From assembly GCA_028687495.1 (NCBI GenBank), contig JAQUAA010000002.1, forward strand, positions 1 through 32,469: a stretch of DNA of 32,469 bases. The letters are read 5' to 3'. The position numbers were made by a program, and so were the translations under genes. A model generated the notes under the pieces. The model was given only the letters and a program-made list of their open reading frames with translations. It had not been told where the DNA came from and searched no databases. Source of the stretch: Minisyncoccota bacterium (GTDB lineage Bacteria > Patescibacteriota > Minisyncoccia > Minisyncoccales > RBG-13-42-11). Below, piece after piece: positions 8,147-13,721 of the stretch (its first letter is position 1; the number at the start of each line of letters is the position of its first letter).

Positions 8147-9367
8147 TTATGGAATAAAAATTTTGAATATCTTTTTAATTTTATCGGCCAAGCCGCTGCC
8201 TGAAAAACCGCCCCCTTGCCAATTTCTTCCGCCTTCCGATTCGCTGCCCTTGAAAACCAGTCCGCAAACCGTGGCGTAATTGGGTTCGTCTTCCAGTTTC
8301 GGGAAATGAGAAATTTTACCCAATCGGCAGGGAAGCTTTAATTCTTTTTTTGCCAGATCGACGATTTTCGGTATTTTTGCTCCTCCGCCGGTCAAAACCA
8401 CTCCCGAAGGCAATAATCCTATCTTCCCGATTCTTTTCAGTTCTTTCTGACATTGGTCAAAAATTTCAGAAACGCGAGCCTCAACAATGCCGGCCAGTGT
8501 TTTTTGGGAAAAAGACAGAGGTTCTTCGCCTTCTATCTCAATTTTTTCTTTTTTATCATTACCCTTGAAAAGGCAGCACCCCCGCTCGATTTTTATTATT
8601 TCAGCCGTATCGATATCCGTTTTCAGACCGATGGCGATATCCGAGGTTATGTTGGCTGATCCTATGGGAAAAATAGCCAAATGAGTCAGATCCCCTTCTT
8701 CGAAAACGGCCAATTCCGATGTGCCTGCCCCGATTTCCAACAGAGCCACTCCCAATTCTTTTTGCCGTTGGGAAAGGACTATTGCAGAACTCGCTAGGGG
8801 TGAAGGAATGATATCCGCGATTTGAATATTCGCCTCCACAACCGCCTCAACCAAATTATTCTTGTAAGGCATAAAGCCGCTTAGAATCAAGACCTCCGTT
8901 TCCAATCTCCCGCCCTGTAAACCTTCAGCCACTTTTATTCCTCCCATGCCGTCAACGATGAATTCTCTCGGGTAGGTCTCCAGAATTTCGTTGTTGGAGG
9001 GCAGGGAAACCGCTCTGGCCGCTTCCTGCAAAACCCTGTCCACGTCTTCTTTGGAAACGCTTCTGTCCGCCCGGGAAACAGCGACCATCCCCCGGGAAGA
9101 AGTTGAAATTAAGTGGCAGCCGCCGATGTTAACAAAAACGGAGTGAATTTTTTGTCCGCTCTCCGTTCTTGCCTTATCAACCAGAATTTGAATTATCCTG
9201 GAAACCTTTTCGGTATCGGTCACCACTCCTCTCCTCACCCCCAAAGACGGTTCTTCCCCCAAAAACAAAATGTCGAATTTCTCTTCCCCTTTTTTCTTGG
9301 CGGCCACCAGCATTTTTATCGTACTCGTGCCTATATCCAAACCGGTAATGATTTTAGTTTTGGACAT
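8147..9367 (-). CDS. ftsA: Cell-division protein FtsA (actin-like ATPase) with C-terminal amphipathic helix
   Basis: Motifs seen: GLDIGTSTIKMLV, LEIGAGTSELAVF, VLTGGGAKIPKIVDLAKK. The C-terminal LADKIKKIFKIFIP is a membrane-targeting helix. The gene sits directly upstream of ftsZ. Confidence 0.92.
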   Translation of the reverse strand: MSKTKIITGLDIGTSTIKMLVAAKKKGEEKFDILFLGEEPSLGVRRGVVTDTEKVSRIIQILVDKARTESGQKIHSVFVNIGGCHLISTSSRGMVAVSRADRSVSKEDVDRVLQEAARAVSLPSNNEILETYPREFIVDGMGGIKVAEGLQGGRLETEVLILSGFMPYKNNLVEAVVEANIQIADIIPSPLASSAIVLSQRQKELGVALLEIGAGTSELAVFEEGDLTHLAIFPIGSANITSDIAIGLKTDIDTAEIIKIERGCCLFKGNDKKEKIEIEGEEPLSFSQKTLAGIVEARVSEIFDQCQKELKRIGKIGLLPSGVVLTGGGAKIPKIVDLAKKELKLPCRLGKISHFPKLEDEPNYATVCGLVFKGSESEGGRNWQGGGFSGSGLADKIKKIFKIFIP

Positions 9368-9764
9368 AAATTTTTTCCAAATAATATTTTTCTTTTTTTT
9401 CCATAACTTGCGCTTCTTTCCTGCTTTTTTCGTGGTCGTATCCGGAAAGATGAAGCAAACCGTGGATTAAAACTCGAGTCAGTTCTTTTTTGAAAGCGGT
9501 GCCGTATCTTCTGGCGTTTTTCCTGACCTCTTCAGGACAAATCGCTATTTCCCCCTCTTTCTTATTATACAAAAACGATAAAACGTCAGTCGGAAGATTC
9601 TTTTTCCTGTATTCTTTGTTTAATTTTTTAATTCTGTCTTTACTAAGAAAAACTATCGATAATTCAGTTTTGTTCTTTTTCTCTCCTTTCAAAACTTTTC
9701 TGCAGATCTTTTTTATGAAATTCCCATCAACCGAGTTGGTTGCCAAATTGTTGATTTCGATCAT
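9354..9764 (-). CDS. ybeY: rRNA maturation endoribonuclease YbeY
   Basis: The zinc motif HGLLHLSGYDH is present. It overlaps the ftsA start by 14 nt. Confidence 0.9.
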   Translation of the reverse strand: MIEINNLATNSVDGNFIKKICRKVLKGEKKNKTELSIVFLSKDRIKKLNKEYRKKNLPTDVLSFLYNKKEGEIAICPEEVRKNARRYGTAFKKELTRVLIHGLLHLSGYDHEKSRKEAQVMEKKEKYYLEKIYVQN

Positions 9765-10261
9765 GAAACCAGTAATTCCTTAACAATTTTGGAAACTAAA
9801 GTGCCCTCAGCCCTACCTTTGACTTTAGGCATTAATTCTGACATTACTCTTCCCATGTCCTTTATTTCCTTGGCCCCCACTTTGGCAATGGCTTCCTCTA
9901 CTATTTTTTTAACCTCTTCTTCCGGCAACTGCTCCGGCAGATATTTTCCCAAAATTTCCGCTTCTTTTTTTTCTTTATCGGCCAGCTCCTGTCTTCCTCC
10001 CCTTTCAAAAAGCTCAATTGATTCTTTCCTCTTCTTGATTTCCGAGGAAATGACGTCCATTACCTCTTCGTCCGTCAGCTGACACTCTTTATCTAATTCA
10101 ACCCCACCAGCATCTGGTTTCTCTTTTGAGATTTTATATCTTTTTTCCTTTTCCTTATTCAAAACAGCAGCTAAAAGCTGCCTTAATACCGAAGTTTCCA
10201 GCTCCTTTCTTCCTTTAAGAACTGCATTAAGATCTTGATGAATTCTCTCTTTCGAGTTCAT
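9761..10261 (-). CDS. yqeY: GatB/YqeY-domain protein
   Basis: A Lys/Glu-rich helical 166-aa protein. It carries LTDEEVMDVISSEIKKRKESIELFERGGRQELADKEKKEAEIL and MGRVMSELMPKVKGRAEG, typical of YqeY. Confidence 0.8.
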   Translation of the reverse strand: MNSKERIHQDLNAVLKGRKELETSVLRQLLAAVLNKEKEKRYKISKEKPDAGGVELDKECQLTDEEVMDVISSEIKKRKESIELFERGGRQELADKEKKEAEILGKYLPEQLPEEEVKKIVEEAIAKVGAKEIKDMGRVMSELMPKVKGRAEGTLVSKIVKELLVS

Positions 10262-10265
10262 GGAT

Positions 10266-10487
10266 TTATTTTCTCTCTAATCCTAATTTTTTTAATTTTT
10301 CGTATTCTTTTTTTAATTTTTCTCTTCTCAAGGCCGCTCTTTTGCTCATTTCGGGACTTTTGGAGCGTTTGAAAAAACGGTTTGCTCTTGCCCGAACCAA
10401 AACCCCGCTTTGCTGAACTTTTTTAGAAAAGCGGCGGATTAAGCCCTGAGAATTTTCTCTTTCTTGTTTTCTTGCTTCTACAGCCAT
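10266..10487 (-). CDS. rpsU: 30S ribosomal protein S21
   Basis: A 73-aa very basic protein containing LIRRFSKKVQQSGVL...RFFKRSKSPEMSKRAALRR. Among the start sites I inspected, this is one of the few with GGAGG upstream (AGGAGGAAAGGAATTAC-ATG). Confidence 0.8.
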   Translation of the reverse strand: MAVEARKQERENSQGLIRRFSKKVQQSGVLVRARANRFFKRSKSPEMSKRAALRREKLKKEYEKLKKLGLERK

Positions 10488-10813
10488 GGTAATTCCTTTC
10501 CTCCTATTAAATGTAAATGGAGATGATCGACCGTTTGACCCGCGTCTTTTCCGATATTAAAAGTCAATCGATAGCCGGTTTTATCAACCCCTTTTTCTCT
10601 GGCTATTTTTTGGGCGGTTAAAAACAATTCTCCGATCAGCGTTTTGTCCTTTAATTCCAGGTGATCTATCGAAGGAATGTGGATTTTCGGGATGATTAAA
10701 AGATGAACCGGAGCCACGGGATGAATGTCTTTGAAGGCGATAATTTTATCGTCTTCATAAACAACATCGGCCGGGATTTCCTTGCTGACAATTTTGCAAA
10801 AAATACACTCCAT
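10478..10813 (-). CDS. HIT-family (histidine triad) nucleotide hydrolase
   Basis: The HLHLHLIGG histidine-triad motif is present. The N-terminal CIFCKI is typical of HinT-like proteins. Confidence 0.85.
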   Translation of the reverse strand: MECIFCKIVSKEIPADVVYEDDKIIAFKDIHPVAPVHLLIIPKIHIPSIDHLELKDKTLIGELFLTAQKIAREKGVDKTGYRLTFNIGKDAGQTVDHLHLHLIGGKELPWL

Positions 10814-10823
10814 AAAACAAGCT

Positions 10824-12125
10824 TTATCTTTTAAGTCTCTTTTCTATCTCTCTTACCGCTTTCTCCAATTTCACTATATCTTGTTTCCCGGTAATCATAT
10901 CCCTTATAATTATGGTTCCTTCCAAGGACTCTTTCTGGCCCAAGAGCAAAGTGTACTTTGCCCCGATTCTATCAGCCATTTTCAATTGGGCTTTTAGCGA
11001 ATCTCTTCCGAAAGATTCCCCTACCTGAATTCTGGCTCTCCTGAATTCTTCCAAAAGTTTTAAGCTTTTTCTCTTAGCCATCGTTCCTAGCTGAGCCAAG
11101 AAAACCGGCGGGTTGACCGCTTTTTGAACCTTCACCTCTTTGGTCTTCATCGCCGCAATCACTCTTTCTATTCCCATCGCCCCGCCAACGGCTTTGGTAT
11201 CTTCTCCGCCTAATAATTTAATTAAACCGTCGTATCTCCCGCCGCCGACTAAAGCGTCCCTTGAAAATGTCTCTTTATTTTCTGTTTTTTGAGAAGTTTC
11301 AAAGAAAATCTCGAAAGCCGTCTTGGTATAATAATCCAACCCTCTTACCAGATAAGGATTCAAACGGTAGGGTAATTCAATCTCGTCAAGAAATTCCAAA
11401 ACTCCCCTGAAGTGATGATGACATTCTTCACAAAGATGATCTATTATCTGGGGGGCCTGGCGAATTTCCCTTTGGCACTTTTCTTCTTTGCAATCCAGAA
11501 TTCTCAAGGGATTTTCTTTCAACCTTCGGCGGCAATCGGCGCAAAGAGCCCCTTCCCTTGACTTAAAATAATTCATCAGCAGTTTTTTATAATAGGGACG
11601 GCATTGATTGTCGCCGATACTGTTTATTTCGACAACCAAATTTTTCAATTTAAGCTCCTGTAAAATATTGTAAAAAATCTGAATGACTTCTGCATCGATA
11701 ACCGCATTGCTCTCTCCGATGACCTCCAGATTGAACTGGTGGAACTGACGATAACGTCCCGCTTGCGGATGCTCATATCTGAAAACTGGACCGATCGAGT
11801 ACAATTTTACCGGCTGAGACCAGGTCTGCATGCCGTGTTCAATGTAGGACCTGATTACGCCTGGCGTAAATTCTGGCCTCAGGGTCAAATAATCCCCGCC
11901 CTTGGTCCTTAAGGTGAACATCTGTTTCTGGACGACGTCGGTCGTCAACCCCGTTCCTTTTTCATAAAGAGCGGTATCTTCCAAAATCGGCGTATCTATT
12001 TTTTTAAATCCGTAAAAATTAGCTATCGTTTCGCAAACATCGTAAATTTTTTGGAAATATTTTTGTTCCTCCGGTAAAATATCGTGCATTCCGGTGGGCA
12101 ATTGAAATTTTGGCTTCTTTGACAT
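10824..12125 (-). CDS. hisS: Histidyl-tRNA synthetase
   Basis: Class II motifs are present: LRPEFTPGVIR, FRYEHPQAGRYRQFHQ, GGGRYDGL. A C-terminal anticodon-binding domain is present (VFLAQLG...). Confidence 0.93.
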   Translation of the reverse strand: MSKKPKFQLPTGMHDILPEEQKYFQKIYDVCETIANFYGFKKIDTPILEDTALYEKGTGLTTDVVQKQMFTLRTKGGDYLTLRPEFTPGVIRSYIEHGMQTWSQPVKLYSIGPVFRYEHPQAGRYRQFHQFNLEVIGESNAVIDAEVIQIFYNILQELKLKNLVVEINSIGDNQCRPYYKKLLMNYFKSREGALCADCRRRLKENPLRILDCKEEKCQREIRQAPQIIDHLCEECHHHFRGVLEFLDEIELPYRLNPYLVRGLDYYTKTAFEIFFETSQKTENKETFSRDALVGGGRYDGLIKLLGGEDTKAVGGAMGIERVIAAMKTKEVKVQKAVNPPVFLAQLGTMAKRKSLKLLEEFRRARIQVGESFGRDSLKAQLKMADRIGAKYTLLLGQKESLEGTIIIRDMITGKQDIVKLEKAVREIEKRLKR

Positions 12126-12127
12126 AA

Positions 12128-12685
12128 TTAGTAACCTGAAGAATATTCCGGTACTTCGATTTTAGCCAGAGCGGCCAGAGGCCAAGCTCTTAACAGAGCC
12201 CTGCCGATGATGTCTTCTTTGGGAAGAGAACCCCAGCGCCTGGAATCGGATGAGGCCGCCCGGTTATCGCCTAAAACAAAATATTCGTTTTCGCCCAAGG
12301 TTATCCTGGTATCTCCCGGGGTGAAAACGGAAGGTGAAAGATATTCCGATTCCTGCAGGATTTTTCCGCCCTCTTCGTTATAAACCACGATCTGACCGTT
12401 CTCCACCTGAACCGTCTCGCCGGGAAGGCCGATGATTCTCTTGATGTATCTCTGAGAAGTATCGTTGGGGTATTTGAAAACTATCACCTCTCCCCTCTGA
12501 GGATCCCTTATTTTGTAGCTGATTTCATCGACAATCAAATAATCGCCGTTTTCAAAATTTGGCGTCATCGAATCGCCCTTAACGAAAAACGGCTGAAAGA
12601 CAATGGAACGAATGGGAAGCACGATAACCAAGGCGATGATTACTATTTTCGCGATTTCCCAGATAAAAACAAAGAATGACTTCAT
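12128..12685 (-). CDS. lepB: Signal peptidase I
   Basis: An N-terminal TM segment is present. GDSMTPNF carries the catalytic Ser, YIKRIIGLPGE the Lys box, and GDNRAASSDSR is also seen. Confidence 0.9.
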   Translation of the reverse strand: MKSFFVFIWEIAKIVIIALVIVLPIRSIVFQPFFVKGDSMTPNFENGDYLIVDEISYKIRDPQRGEVIVFKYPNDTSQRYIKRIIGLPGETVQVENGQIVVYNEEGGKILQESEYLSPSVFTPGDTRITLGENEYFVLGDNRAASSDSRRWGSLPKEDIIGRALLRAWPLAALAKIEVPEYSSGY

Positions 12686-12721
12686 AAAAAGAGATTTATC
12701 CCTTTGACTTTGACTTTAATA

Positions 12722-12749
12722 ATTATACTATTTTTACTTTAAGAATCAA
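12722..12749 (-). promoter_or_regulatory. Sigma70-type promoter for the lepB-hisS... operon (TTGATT-16-TATAAT)
   Basis: On the minus strand, TTGATT is at 12744-12749 and TATAAT at 12722-12727, with a 16-nt spacer. The predicted TSS is about 30 nt upstream of the lepB ATG. Confidence 0.5.
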
Positions 12750-12750
12750 G

Positions 12751-12759
12751 TGCTAAAAT
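12751..12759 (+). promoter_or_regulatory. Extended -10 (TGCTAAAAT) placed for a leaderless pth mRNA
   Basis: TG-C-TAAAAT ends 6 nt before the ATG at 12766. The canonical +1 therefore coincides with the A of the start codon. No SD is present. Confidence 0.4.
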
Positions 12760-12765
12760 GGATTA

Positions 12766-13272
12766 ATGATCCTAATTGTTGGACTGGGAAATCCCGGCGG
12801 AAAATACAGAGATACCCGTCATAATGTCGGCTCCGAGATAATCGACGAACTGAATCTTTTGAATTTGAGGAACGTCGTTCTGGCAAAGCCCAGAACCTTT
12901 ATGAATGAATCCGGCAAGGCAGTGAAAGAATTATTGAAGAAGCATCGATTGGAATCAGACGATCTTGTCGTCATCCACGACGATATCGACATTCCTTTGG
13001 GAAAAATCAGGATCGTTAAAAACCGCGGGGCAGCCGGCCACAAAGGAGTGGAATCGATAATCAAAGAAATAAACTCCCAAAATTTCATCAGATTAAGAAT
13101 CGGCATTAAACCGGAAAAAGGCAAACCAAAAAATCCTGAAAATTTCGTTCTTCAGAATTTCAATAAAAAAGAGGAGAAGATCTTAGAAGAGGTAATAAAA
13201 AAAACCGTCCAAGCAGTTGAAGTTTTCTTAAAGGAAGGTTTGGAAAGAGCGATGAATGAATTCAATAAATGA
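12766..13272 (+). CDS. pth: Peptidyl-tRNA hydrolase
   Basis: Motifs seen: LIVGLGNPGGKYRDTRHNVG, DDIDIPLGKIR, GHKGVESI. Confidence 0.93.
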   Translation: MILIVGLGNPGGKYRDTRHNVGSEIIDELNLLNLRNVVLAKPRTFMNESGKAVKELLKKHRLESDDLVVIHDDIDIPLGKIRIVKNRGAAGHKGVESIIKEINSQNFIRLRIGIKPEKGKPKNPENFVLQNFNKKEEKILEEVIKKTVQAVEVFLKEGLERAMNEFNK

Positions 13273-13273
13273 A

Positions 13274-13309
13274 GAAGCCGGGGAATGTTTGAACATTCTA
13301 CCCGGCTTC
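13274..13309. terminator. Long hairpin between convergent pth and the small ORF (probable terminator, mainly for the minus-strand unit)
   Basis: GAAGCCGGG (13274-13282) pairs perfectly with CCCGGCTTC (13301-13309). An inner helix GAATGT/ACATTC is also possible. On the minus strand it is followed by the U-rich UUCAUUUAUUG. No U-run follows on the plus strand. Confidence 0.5.
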
Positions 13310-13329
13310 GGCAGTAGAACAAAAGGATG

Positions 13330-13485
13330 TTACTCCTTTGATTCTTTGCCCTGCGCTTCGGCCCGGCGCTGCTCGGCCATCTCTTTATTGATTGACCTGC
13401 ATTTGCTGCAGTCTTTACTTACTGCCTCGCATAAACTTGCCGGACCGCCGCACCACTGAGCTAAAGGTGCTCCTTCTAACGGCAT
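13330..13485 (-). CDS. Unannotated 51-aa Cys-rich small protein (hypothetical)
   Basis: Hand translation gives MPLEGAPLAQWCGGPASLCEAVSKDCSKCRSINKEMAEQRRAEAQGKESKE followed by a stop. The ATG is at 13485-13483 and the TAA at 13332-13330. It is preceded by UAAGGAGGUGAUC (13488-13500), with 7 nt between GGAGG and AUG. It falls below the ORF-track length cutoff. Confidence 0.55.
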   Translation of the reverse strand: MPLEGAPLAQWCGGPASLCEAVSKDCSKCRSINKEMAEQRRAEAQGKESKE

Positions 13486-13688
13486 ATGATCACCTCCTTA
13501 AGTTTTATACTCCAGCCTACCTGCGAGCGCCGAAGATCTACGGCATAAAGCTTTGATCTGCGGCTGTCAGCTCTAAGTTTTAAAGGAGGGATAACTTAGA
13601 ATCCATCCTCGAGTAAATAACAAAGTTACCTACTCGATTAAGCTACTCGCAGATAGACTGGAAGATAAAACTTGACGACAAACTGAAT
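13486..13688 (-). promoter_or_regulatory. Structured ~200-nt 5' leader (riboswitch-like / cis-regulatory RNA candidate, class unknown)
   Basis: P1 is 16 bp (13646-13661 with 13512-13527). P2 is a 13-bp hairpin (13609-13637). P3 consists of interleaved helices (13601-13608/13585-13592 and 13593-13600/13572-13579). P4 pairs 13529-13538 with 13555-13564. All four wobble positions in P1 and P2 are G.U on the minus strand and A.C on the plus strand. Confidence 0.6.
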
Positions 13689-13701
13689 AATATATTATAC
13701 T
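13672..13701 (+). promoter_or_regulatory. Candidate mfd promoter TTGACG-18-TATACT, -10 ends 7 nt before the ATG
   Basis: TTGACG is at 13672-13677 and TATACT at 13696-13701. The ATG is at 13709 and there is no SD. Its -10 overlaps the -10 of the opposing promoter. Confidence 0.45.
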
Positions 13702-13721
13702 ACTTTAGATGGAATTGTCAA
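13694..13721 (-). promoter_or_regulatory. Near-consensus sigma70 promoter TTGACA-16-TATAAT driving the leader+sORF unit
   Basis: On the minus strand, TTGACA is at 13716-13721 (inside the first codons of mfd) and TATAAT at 13694-13699. The predicted TSS is around 13687. Confidence 0.6.

Noticed and set aside
12703-12717. The tandem TTTGAC-TTTGAC-TTT (AGTCAAAGTCAAAGG on the minus strand) in the lepB leader looks CtsR-box-like.
   Set aside because: The repeat spacing (0 nt) and sequence do not match the tandem-heptad CtsR operator. lepB is not a heat-shock gene. It is probably low-complexity DNA.
13488-13500. The plus-strand GATCACCTCCTTA is identical to the canonical 3' terminus of 16S rRNA.
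   Set aside because: No 16S-like sequence precedes it; the upstream 1.5 kb is lepB, pth and the small ORF. Read on the minus strand, it is a Shine-Dalgarno site 7 nt from an ATG.
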